IMG/VR virus record: IMGVR_UViG_3300043473_000054
From: an uncultured virus (IMG/VR IMGVR_UViG_3300043473_000054)
Lineage: Duplodnaviria > Heunggongvirae > Uroviricota > Caudoviricetes
DNA: 20,101 bases
Strand: one strand, 5' to 3'
Shown here: positions 7,465 through 15,012 of the stretch, in pieces
How the letters are laid out: the number at the start of each line of letters is the position of its first letter
Numbering within the stretch: position 1 is the first letter of the stretch
Position numbers and translations under genes: made by a program
The notes under the pieces: model-generated
What the model saw: only the letters and a program-made list of their open reading frames with translations
Told to the model about the DNA's origin: nothing
The model's database searches: none

Positions 7465-7625
7465 CCCGGCGCTGCTCCTCCCTGGCACCGGGAATGTTCG
7501 GGGCCCGCATCCAAACCCCAACCGCGCTTGCGGGCCTCGGGCAGCTCCAGGATAGCGATTGCTGACGCAGGAAGGCACCGCCAGCGCGTCAGAATGTCTT
7601 GGAGGCTGTGGGGTAGCCCGCAGCC
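7465..7625 (+). ncRNA. Candidate structured non-coding RNA or late leader
   Basis: Consecutive stem-loops at 7465-7492 (loop CTCCTCCC), 7497-7541, 7545-7604 and 7604-7625; no credible ORF. Confidence 0.4.
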
Positions 7626-7651
7626 CCTAGAACGCAAACTGGAACGGTTTA

Positions 7652-7801
7652 CTAGGACTCGGTGACTTCCGCGTCCGGCACGGTCTTCTGCGAGCCGTCG
7701 GGAAGCTGGATCACGCTCTTCGGCTTGGCCGCGTCAAAGCCGGCATCGCCCTGCTTGGCTGGGCGAATGATCGTCACTTGCTTGCCTTGATAGACGGGCA
7801 T
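7652..7801 (-). CDS. Small hypothetical protein (49 aa; below the ORF-track cut-off)
   Basis: MPVYQGKQVTIIRPAKQGDAGFDAAKPKSVIQLPDGSQKTVPDAEVTES; GAGGGAG SD; GC3-rich codons. Confidence 0.7.
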   Translation of the reverse strand: MPVYQGKQVTIIRPAKQGDAGFDAAKPKSVIQLPDGSQKTVPDAEVTES

Positions 7802-7838
7802 GGGGGAATCTCCCTCGGTCCTGTGGATCAGGATGCAG

Positions 7839-8120
7839 CTAAACGCGGAGCTTGCGCTTCAGGTTGCTCTCGGCATGGATGACGGAGCGCTTGGAGCGTC
7901 CAAGGTCCGACAGGTCAAAGCCCCAGTCGGGCGGTCGATAGCCGGAGAGGTAGGCGAAGATCAGCTTGCGCATCGTCTCGGTGACGGGGCGATGTGACTT
8001 GTCGGACGGGTCCATCTCCAGGCGGCGGATGTGCGTCGGGGTGACGCCGAGCATGCGCGACATGCCGGTGATGGAGAGGCCGAGCGCGGTGCGCGCGGCC
8101 CTGAACTCGGCGGGGGTCAT
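7839..8120 (-). CDS. XRE-type HTH regulator, Aca-like (93 aa)
   Basis: MTPAEFRAARTALGLSITGMSRMLGVTPTHIRRLEM HTH; ATGA-coupled to the upstream acidic ORF. Confidence 0.85.
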   Translation of the reverse strand: MTPAEFRAARTALGLSITGMSRMLGVTPTHIRRLEMDPSDKSHRPVTETMRKLIFAYLSGYRPPDWGFDLSDLGRSKRSVIHAESNLKRKLRV

Positions 8121-8353
8121 CGACTGGTCGGGATGTGGCGGGTCAGCACCCACTGGTCACCGGGGGCCTGCATGTAGGCGCTGAAAGCCTCGTCCCAGAT
8201 GTCGTCGTCCCATTCCACGTCATGCTCTGCGGCGTCGGAGCGGTATTCGGGGAAGAAGTTGCCAAAGCTCTCCTTGTCGAAGTGGCTGCCCTCGCGGGCA
8301 TCTTCTTCAAGAGCTTCTTTCACCATGTAGGCGATGAGCGTTTCGCGGGTCAT
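8117..8353 (-). CDS. Small acidic protein (78 aa), candidate anti-defence factor
   Basis: AGAAAGGA SD; 19 D/E versus 7 K/R; aromatic-rich; function is inference only. Confidence 0.7.
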   Translation of the reverse strand: MTRETLIAYMVKEALEEDAREGSHFDKESFGNFFPEYRSDAAEHDVEWDDDIWDEAFSAYMQAPGDQWVLTRHIPTSR

Positions 8354-8401
8354 CTCGGTTCCTTTCTGGCGAGCCGTTGCGGCTCTCAATCTCCACACCA
8401 T

Positions 8402-8451
8402 GAACCATTGGTTCGAGGCAGTCCAATCACAAGTATGTGAACCAATGGTTC
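8402..8451. promoter_or_regulatory. Twin palindromic operators GAACCA-W-TGGTTC
   Basis: Perfect inverted repeats at 8402-8414 and 8439-8451, both in TGAACCAWTGGTTCGA context, in the divergent intergenic region. Confidence 0.75.
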
Positions 8452-8466
8452 GATAAGGAGGATCAC

Positions 8467-8667
8467 ATGAATGTTGGAGGCCTCCTCGGCCTGCTCATCT
8501 TCGTCATTATCGTCGTGGCGCTCGCAGCCTTGATCCTCTGGGTCGTCCAGTATTTCCTGCCCGAGGTCTATCCGCCCGCCCGCATCGTCGTCGGCGTCGT
8601 CGCCCTCGTCGCAATCCTCATCCGCGTCGCCGCATTCTTCGGCGTCGCTGCTGCTGCAATCTCTTAG
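8467..8667 (+). CDS. Small two-TM membrane protein (66 aa)
   Basis: AAGGAGG SD; two hydrophobic helices separated by FLPEVYPPAR. Confidence 0.8.
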   Translation: MNVGGLLGLLIFVIIVVALAALILWVVQYFLPEVYPPARIVVGVVALVAILIRVAAFFGVAAAAIS

Positions 8668-8678
8668 TGTGTACAGAC

Positions 8679-9026
8679 ATGCCATTCCAACCCGGCAACC
8701 AATTAGCTAACAAAATCAACAAGCAACGGCCGCGCATCATTACGCAGAACCTCATCGCGCTGCTGCATGAGGTGGACCCTAACGATGTCCCCAAAGTCCG
8801 GCGCTTCGCCGAGGCATTGCTCGCAAAGGCTCTTGAAGGCGATGTCGCGGCCATGAAGGAAGTCGCCGATCGCGTAGACGGCAGAGTGCCTGTGCAAGTG
8901 CAGGGCGATCCAGACAACCCTCTCGTCATCCAGACAGTCGTCCGCGAAATCGTTCACGTGGACACAACACAGCGGATCAATCCAAACGTCGCCCTGAGCA
9001 ATGCTGGCAATTCCAGAGCCGCTTGA
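8679..9026 (+). CDS. terS: Putative terminase small subunit (DUF5681-like)
   Basis: MPFQPGNQ...LLAKALEGDVAAMKEVADRVDGR.P...GDPDNPL motifs; directly upstream of TerL. Confidence 0.75.
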   Translation: MPFQPGNQLANKINKQRPRIITQNLIALLHEVDPNDVPKVRRFAEALLAKALEGDVAAMKEVADRVDGRVPVQVQGDPDNPLVIQTVVREIVHVDTTQRINPNVALSNAGNSRAA

Positions 9027-10314
9027 GGGCGATAAGCTCTACATCCGAACTGCGCCAGTCTTCGAGCCGCTCCTCGCGCCAGCCCGCTACAAGGGCGCCT
9101 ACGGAGGCCGCGGCTCTGGCAAGTCACACTTCTTCGCGGAGGCCCTCGTCGAGGAGTGCATCGTCACTCCAGGAACGGCCGCAGTCTGCATCCGCGAAGT
9201 CCAACGCACCCTCACCCAGTCAGCCAAGCGCCTCATCGAGCAGAAGATCGCGCAGCTCGGCGTGGGCCCGCTGTTTCGCATCCTCGACGACCGCATAGAG
9301 GCGCCGGGCAAAGGCCTCATCATCTTCCAGGGCATGCAGGATCACACGGCGGAGTCGATCAAGAGCCTGGAAGGCTTCCGTATCGCCTGGATAGAGGAGG
9401 CACAGACGCTGTCCCACCGCAGCCTCGCACTACTCAGACCGACAATTCGTGCAGAAAACTCCGAAATATGGGCCTCCTGGAACCCGCGCCGCAAGAGTGA
9501 CGCCATCGACGAGTTCCTCCGCCAGCAGAAGCCGCCCGGCGCAGTCGTCGTCGAGGCGAATTGGCGGGACAACCCCTGGTTCCCAGAGGTTTTGGTCTCA
9601 GAGCGTGAAATTGACCAAGAACGCTACCCAGAGCGGTATGATCACATATGGGAAGGCGGCTATGCCAAGGCGTTCGAGGGTGCTTATTTCGCCGCCGGGC
9701 TTAACGAGGCAAAGGCGCAGGGACGAATTGGGCGAGTGTCCGCTGACCCGCTATTACCGCTCCGAGCCTTTTTTGACCTGGGAGGCTCAGGGGCTTCCGC
9801 CGATGCCATGGCGATCTGGATTGTTCAGTGGGTCGGCCAGGAAATCCGCGTCCTCGACTACATCGAGGGCATGGGACAGGTGCTCGCCTACTACGTCGAC
9901 GAGCTGCGCCAGCGCAAATACGACAAGGCCATCTGCTACCTCCCGCACGACGGCGTGAACGCTAACGCCATCACCGGCAAGCGCTATGAAGATCATCTGC
10001 GGGAGGCAGGCTTTTCCGTCGAGCCGCCAGTGAAGAACCAGGGGCGTGGGGCCGCCATGATGCGCGTCGAGGCGGTCAGGCGGCTGTTCCCGCGCATGTG
10101 GTTCAATGAGGCAACGACGGAAGCCGGGCGCGATGCGCTGGGCTATTACCATGAGCGGCGTGATGACGACCGACAGGTGGGGCTCGGCCCGTCGCACGAT
10201 TGGAGTTCGCACGCGGCCGACGCACTAGGCCTCTGCGCTATCTGCTACGAGGAGCCGTCTCGGTCGGCGGGCTTTGGGCGGAAGCTGGTGTATCAGAAGC
10301 TTGGCATCGTCTGA
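9001..10314 (+). CDS. terL: Terminase large subunit, PBSX family
   Basis: Walker A GGRGSGKS, Walker B AWIEEAQ, SWNP, nuclease FFDLG and HDWSSHAADA motifs. Confidence 0.97.
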   Translation: MLAIPEPLEGDKLYIRTAPVFEPLLAPARYKGAYGGRGSGKSHFFAEALVEECIVTPGTAAVCIREVQRTLTQSAKRLIEQKIAQLGVGPLFRILDDRIEAPGKGLIIFQGMQDHTAESIKSLEGFRIAWIEEAQTLSHRSLALLRPTIRAENSEIWASWNPRRKSDAIDEFLRQQKPPGAVVVEANWRDNPWFPEVLVSEREIDQERYPERYDHIWEGGYAKAFEGAYFAAGLNEAKAQGRIGRVSADPLLPLRAFFDLGGSGASADAMAIWIVQWVGQEIRVLDYIEGMGQVLAYYVDELRQRKYDKAICYLPHDGVNANAITGKRYEDHLREAGFSVEPPVKNQGRGAAMMRVEAVRRLFPRMWFNEATTEAGRDALGYYHERRDDDRQVGLGPSHDWSSHAADALGLCAICYEEPSRSAGFGRKLVYQKLGIV

Positions 10315-10513
10315 TGCCACGAAGGCGCCGGGGAGCTAGCCGCTGCGTCTGCCAGCGCATGAGCCGCACCTGGCCGGCGCGCTGGGGGCTGTGGCGCAGG
10401 GTCTCCTGGTAGAGTTCACGGCCCTCCCGACCACGCAAAACCGAGCCGAACGCCCAGCCTGAGCGCTACGACGAGGTTGGCCTGGGAGGGCCACCAGCAC
10501 AAGGAGCCAAACA

Positions 10514-10684
10514 ATGTCTGATCCGAAGGAAGACGAATACACCGAGCCGGGCGAGAGCAAGGCCGGCCGTGGCGGGATTGTATCTCCCGGCGGCACGCAG
10601 CCAAAGCCCTCGGAAGACCCGCGCAAGGATAGCGGGCTGCACGACGAGCCTCCTGCACCCAACCAAGACCTGCCGAAAGAGTAG
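10514..10684 (+). CDS. Small disordered hypothetical protein (56 aa)
   Basis: AAGGAG SD at 10501; MSDPKEDEYTEPGESKAGRGG...NQDLPKE; ends 3 nt before the portal GTG. Confidence 0.6.
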   Translation: MSDPKEDEYTEPGESKAGRGGIVSPGGTQPKPSEDPRKDSGLHDEPPAPNQDLPKE

Positions 10685-10687
10685 CGC

Positions 10688-11257
10688 GTGGCCAAGCTGT
10701 CCGTCTCCGAGGTGCAGGCCATCCTCAAGGGCGAGAAGAGCGACGCGCTTAGCGCAGCCGAGAGCAGCAAGCTCTCCGAGGAGCGGGCGCGGGCGCTCGA
10801 CTACTACCAGGGCGACATGGCACGCGACATGCCCGCTCCTGCCGATCGCTCCAAGGCCGTCTCGTCCGACGTGGCGGATGCCGTCGAGGGCCTGATGCCG
10901 TCGATGATGGAGGTGCTGCACGGCGGCGACGACGTGGTGGAGTTCGTCCCGACAGGTGCGGAGGACGAAGAGGCGGCGCAGCAGGAAACCGACTACGTCA
11001 ATTATGTATTCACGCAGAAAAACAATGGGTTTCTTATCGACTATACCTTTGTGAAGGATGCGCTGCTGTCGAAGGTCGCGATCGTGAAAGTATATTGGGA
11101 AGACAAGGAAGAGAGCATTGAGGAGAGCTTCTGGGGCCTGCCGGAGGCGGCCTACGGAATGCTGAAGCAGGCAAAGGACATCGACATCATCGAGCACACT
11201 GAGCGGCAGGGCATTCCCGGCCAGCAGCCGCGTGACGAGCAGCAGGCCGCTTACTGA
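10688..11257 (+). CDS. Portal protein, N-terminal fragment (189 aa)
   Basis: RARALDYYQG...RSKAVSSDVADAVEGLMPSMMEV...VEFVP...EDEEAAQQETDYVNYVF...FVKDALLSKVAIVKVYWE, typical of P22/SU10-like portal N-termini. Confidence 0.9.
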   Translation: MAKLSVSEVQAILKGEKSDALSAAESSKLSEERARALDYYQGDMARDMPAPADRSKAVSSDVADAVEGLMPSMMEVLHGGDDVVEFVPTGAEDEEAAQQETDYVNYVFTQKNNGFLIDYTFVKDALLSKVAIVKVYWEDKEESIEESFWGLPEAAYGMLKQAKDIDIIEHTERQGIPGQQPRDEQQAAY

Positions 11258-11637
11258 TGGGCAAGCGCAAGGGCGATCTTCCGCCATCTAGAGAGAGGCG
11301 TAAAGACAGGATACGTCGGCTGAATAAAGCGACGCTGATTGAGATGGTATTTGCCGAGGAGAAGAGGACCCACTTTTGGTTTGAGGAGAATAAGCACCAC
11401 AAGGATGCGCTGAAGCAGATGAAGCGTGAACTGGACCGCGCAAAGCACGACCTGCATGTGCATGGCGTGAATGGCGACTACCTCGGCATGTCGGTGCGTC
11501 TGGAGGTCGCCCAAGCTGAACTGCGCGGTGCCAAGGCAGACCTGAAGATCCTTGAGGAGGCACTCGCCGACAAGCAGGCCGGCAATCCCAATTGGGAGAA
11601 CGTGGCCGTGATGAAGATGCGCAAGGCGCGCTACTGA
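11257..11637 (+). CDS. Hypothetical basic coiled-coil protein inserted between the portal halves (126 aa)
   Basis: Intact ORF, TGATG-coupled at both ends, no portal or endonuclease motifs. Confidence 0.75.
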   Translation: MGKRKGDLPPSRERRKDRIRRLNKATLIEMVFAEEKRTHFWFEENKHHKDALKQMKRELDRAKHDLHVHGVNGDYLGMSVRLEVAQAELRGAKADLKILEEALADKQAGNPNWENVAVMKMRKARY

Positions 11638-13553
11638 TGGCCCTGCCTCCCTATCCCATGCAGCCTCCCGGGCCTCCCGGCGCAACCCCCGGGCTTGACC
11701 CGCGGGCCATGCCTATGGGGCCTCCTGGCGGCATGGGACCGCCACCGCCGGGAGGCCCGCCAGGGCCACCAGGGATGCCGCCAGGCGGGCCGATGCGTCC
11801 TCCCGGCCCTCCGCCGCCTCCTGGCGCTCCACCGCCTCCAGCGGGCATGCAGGGGCCTCCTGGCCCACCTCCAATGCCTCCACCTCCTCCGCCCATGCCG
11901 GAGACGGTGCATGACGTGAAGATCAGCCGCATCCGCAAATACGGCTGCGCCAGGGTCGAGAACGTGCCGCCGGAGGAGTTTGGCGTCTCGCGGCGGCAAC
12001 GCTCCGTCATGCTGCGCGACTGCGACTACTGCTACCACGAAGTCAGGAAGACGGAGGCCGAGCTTATCGCTGCCGGCTACGACAAGGAGCAGGTCAAGGC
12101 GCTGCCCGACTATGCCGGCGATGGCACGACGGAGGAGATCGCCCGCGACACGGTGGACGACAATGCATTGTCGGGGTCCGAGGGGCTGAACAAGGCCAAC
12201 CGGCAGATCCGCGTCACCGAGCACTACGTGATGATGGACTATGAGGGCGACGGCAAGCCGCGCCGCTATCGGGTGACGACGGCTGGCAGCGGTAGCGAGA
12301 TCCTGAAGCGCAAGGGCCGCCCGGAGATCGTGCCGGACATGGTGCGCTTTGCCGCCATGACGCCGTTCATCAATCCGCACCGCTTCTATGGCACGTCCAT
12401 TGCCGACCTCGTCATGGACATTCAGAGGATTAAGACTGCGTTACTCCGGCAATTGCTCGACAACGTCTATTTTTCCAACAACCAGCGCTTGGAAGTCGCT
12501 GAGGATGGGGCGACAAAGGACACGATCGACGACGTGCTGTCGAATAGGGTCGGCGGCATCATCCGCACCCGTCGCATCGGCTCGGTCGCACCTGTCCCGA
12601 ACCAGCCGATCGGAAGCTTCGTGTTTCCCATGCTGGAATACATGGACACGCTGCGGGAGTGGCGCACGGGTGTGACGCGGCAGGGCCAGGGCCTCGACCC
12701 GAACGCCTTGCAGAACATCGGCGAGCGGGCCGTGCTCGACGCGCAGAACGCCGCCCGCGCCAAGATGAAGCTCATCGCTCGCATCTTCGCCGAGACGGGC
12801 ATTCGGGAGATGTTCTGGCTGCTGCACGCGACGATCCGCCAGAACGCCAGTGAGGCCGAGACAGTGAAGCTGCGCGGCCAGTGGGTGAAGGTAGACGCGC
12901 AGGAATGGCGCGAGCGCAACGATCTCACCATCAACGTCGGGCTTGGCTCCGGCGACAAGAGCCAGGAAATCATGGTGCTGCGCGAGATCATGCAGATCCA
13001 GGGCAACGCCATGACGAGCCCGAAGATGACCGGGCTCGCTGGGCCGCAGCAGGTTTACAACACGGTCAAGCAACTCACGCGCAAGGCGGGGCTGAACTCA
13101 CCTGATCCCTACTTCACCGATCCGAGCAAGACGCCTCCGCAGCCTCCCGAGCCTTCTCCCGAGGAGAAGAAGGGCATGGCGGAGATGCAGTTGAAGCAGG
13201 CTGACATGCAGATGCGTCAGCAGGGCGCTATGGCCGACGCTCAGATGCGCCAACAGCAGGCGCAGCAGGACATGGCCATGCAGCAGGCCAAGGCGCAGCA
13301 GGATGCCGCGCTGCAGCGTGAGAAGTTCATGCTCGACGCGCAGCTTCAGCGTGAGCAGATGCAGGCCGACGCGGAATTGAAGCGGGCGCAGATTGATGCC
13401 GAATTGATGCTGAAGCGGGAGACGCTCGCGGCGGAACTGGCATTGAAGCGCGAACTTGCGATGGCTGGGCTGCAGCTCAAAGCCTCAATGCCGCCTCCGG
13501 GCTCGAATGGCGGCGGGACGAGCGGCGTGCACATAGGCGGCGAGCCAGGGTAG
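11637..13553 (+). CDS. Portal protein, C-terminal fragment (638 aa) with Pro/Gly-rich N-terminus and Gln-rich barrel
   Basis: HDVKISR...VENVPPEEF...PHRFYGTSIADLVMDIQRIKTALLRQLLDNVY...RTGVTRQGQGLDPNALQ...LIARIFAETG...INVGLG portal motifs. Confidence 0.92.
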   Translation: MALPPYPMQPPGPPGATPGLDPRAMPMGPPGGMGPPPPGGPPGPPGMPPGGPMRPPGPPPPPGAPPPPAGMQGPPGPPPMPPPPPPMPETVHDVKISRIRKYGCARVENVPPEEFGVSRRQRSVMLRDCDYCYHEVRKTEAELIAAGYDKEQVKALPDYAGDGTTEEIARDTVDDNALSGSEGLNKANRQIRVTEHYVMMDYEGDGKPRRYRVTTAGSGSEILKRKGRPEIVPDMVRFAAMTPFINPHRFYGTSIADLVMDIQRIKTALLRQLLDNVYFSNNQRLEVAEDGATKDTIDDVLSNRVGGIIRTRRIGSVAPVPNQPIGSFVFPMLEYMDTLREWRTGVTRQGQGLDPNALQNIGERAVLDAQNAARAKMKLIARIFAETGIREMFWLLHATIRQNASEAETVKLRGQWVKVDAQEWRERNDLTINVGLGSGDKSQEIMVLREIMQIQGNAMTSPKMTGLAGPQQVYNTVKQLTRKAGLNSPDPYFTDPSKTPPQPPEPSPEEKKGMAEMQLKQADMQMRQQGAMADAQMRQQQAQQDMAMQQAKAQQDAALQREKFMLDAQLQREQMQADAELKRAQIDAELMLKRETLAAELALKRELAMAGLQLKASMPPPGSNGGGTSGVHIGGEPG

Positions 13554-13570
13554 GGGTGACAAAAGCTGTC

Positions 13571-13855
13571 ATGGCAGACGATGAATTTGCCCTGCGCCGC
13601 GACATGGCGACGGCTGCACAGGTGCAGGCGGCGCTCGATGGGCCGATTGCTGCTGCGTTCGACGCCCTGAAGGCGGCCTATCACGAGGCGTGGGAGATGT
13701 CGGGCCCGCGTGACGACGAGGGCCGGAAGAACCTTCACATAGCGGTGACGATCGTCGGGAAAGTGCGATCGCACCTTGAGGCAATTGTCGCCAATGGGCG
13801 ACTGGCGGAGCGGCAGATCGCCGAGATCACGGCCCGCCGAAGCGCTTCGGAATAG
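13571..13855 (+). CDS. Hypothetical head-module protein (94 aa)
   Basis: Helical ORF between portal and scaffold, AWEMS..RDDEGRKNL pattern; alternative GTG start at 13556. Confidence 0.8.
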   Translation: MADDEFALRRDMATAAQVQAALDGPIAAAFDALKAAYHEAWEMSGPRDDEGRKNLHIAVTIVGKVRSHLEAIVANGRLAERQIAEITARRSASE

Positions 13856-13869
13856 TCTGAAATCTCGCC

Positions 13870-13904
13870 CTGGGCGCAACTGGGCGTAACTGGGCGTAAC
13901 TAGG
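13870..13904 (+). repeat. 10-bp tandem repeat CTGGGCGYAA x3 plus partial
   Basis: CTGGGCGCAA CTGGGCGTAA CTGGGCGTAA CTAGG directly upstream of the scaffold start. Confidence 0.85.
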
Positions 13905-13914
13905 AAATCCCTTC

Positions 13915-15003
13915 ATGTCTGAGCCAACCCAACCCGACGCGGGAGCGCCGGCACCCGAGCCTATTGCGCCCGTTCCCGAGCCTTCTACTCCTCCTCCATC
14001 TCCGCCGCCCTCCGACGCGCCAATTACCGCGCGCGAGGCCGCGGATCTCATTTCCGGTAAGACGGACAAACCTTCGGCACCAGATGGTGCTGACGCCGCC
14101 CCCGAAAGGCCCAGCGGCGAGACTGACGGTAGCGACGACCCTTCTCAGAAGCCCATCGACGCCCCGAGGTCATGGACGAAAGCCGACAAGGAAGCTTTTG
14201 CGAGCCTCCCCCGAGACACCCAGGAACGCATCCTGGCGCTCGACAGGACACGCGAGCTGGAATTGCGGCGCGGCCAAAACGAAGCCGCCGAGCAGCGAAA
14301 GGCCGCCGAGGCCCTGGCGCAGCAGGCGGAACAGGCACAAGCGCAAGCACGATGGCAGTATGAGCAGTCGCTGCCGCAGCAGGCGCTGTTGCTGGACGCC
14401 GAGTATCGAAAAGAGTTCGGGACGCCCACCTGGGACGATCTTCAGGACTGGCAACGTAACGATCCGCTCCGATACCAAGCATGGGATCTGGCCTACAAGC
14501 GGCTGACGCATGCGTCGGCTGAACTGCAGGCGCAGCAAGCCCAGCAAGCCCAGCAGCAGCAATACCAGCAGCAGCAATTCATGCAGAACGCGGAGGCGTG
14601 GAGGGCCGAGGAGGCACAGAAATTCGCTGAGGAATTTCCCGAGTGGAAAGACCCGAAAACCTATCAGGCGAATGTCTCCGAGGTCATGGATTTTATGAAG
14701 GACACCGGCTTCGAGCAGGACTTTCTGGCTCGCGCCGCTAGTGAGTTCCTGCCGATCCAGATCCACGATCACCGCTTTCAAAAGCTCGTCTGGAAGGCCC
14801 TTCAGTACGACAAGGCATTGAAGGCCACCAAGTCACCGTCACGCTCCCCTGTTCCTCCTGTCCAGCGTCCGGGCAGCGCTCCCAATCGGGGAGAGGCTCA
14901 AGAGGCTCGGTTCAAAGACCTCAACCGCCAATTGGACCGCACTGGCAGTCTCAAGGATGCCGCAAGGCTTATCGCGGCACTGAACGGCAGTCGGTCCCCG
15001 TAA
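13915..15003 (+). CDS. Capsid scaffolding protein
   Basis: Position before the capsid gene; disordered N-terminus, APRSW...FASLP motif, coiled coil, C-terminal TGSLKDAARLI helix. Confidence 0.85.
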   Translation: MSEPTQPDAGAPAPEPIAPVPEPSTPPPSPPPSDAPITAREAADLISGKTDKPSAPDGADAAPERPSGETDGSDDPSQKPIDAPRSWTKADKEAFASLPRDTQERILALDRTRELELRRGQNEAAEQRKAAEALAQQAEQAQAQARWQYEQSLPQQALLLDAEYRKEFGTPTWDDLQDWQRNDPLRYQAWDLAYKRLTHASAELQAQQAQQAQQQQYQQQQFMQNAEAWRAEEAQKFAEEFPEWKDPKTYQANVSEVMDFMKDTGFEQDFLARAASEFLPIQIHDHRFQKLVWKALQYDKALKATKSPSRSPVPPVQRPGSAPNRGEAQEARFKDLNRQLDRTGSLKDAARLIAALNGSRSP

Positions 15004-15012
15004 AGGACGACA

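Noticed and set aside
10314..10500. Short ORFs after terL (MPRRRRELAAASASA, MSRTWPARWGLWRRVSW)
   Set aside because: Very short, no SD and no recognisable features
10514..10690. Amber read-through fusing the 56-aa ORF to the in-frame portal
   Set aside because: Being in frame has a one-in-three chance, other genes end normally in TAG, and no suppressor tRNA is visible
11252..11637. Ribosomal bypass (T4 gene 60 style) between the matched TAC codons to make a full-length portal
   Set aside because: Landing on the second TAC is followed at once by TGA, and the C-terminal portal is in a different frame
11257..11637. Group I/II intron or intein in the portal
   Set aside because: No P7/P4 core, no group II end motifs, no intein Cys/His-Asn termini; the insert is fully occupied by an ORF
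11637..11900. Collagen-like domain
   Set aside because: Gly-X-Y periodicity is not sustained; it is Pro/Gly/Met low complexity
13870..13904. CRISPR or mini-array (also 7375-7397)
   Set aside because: Repeats are 9-10 bp and directly tandem, with no spacers and no cas genes
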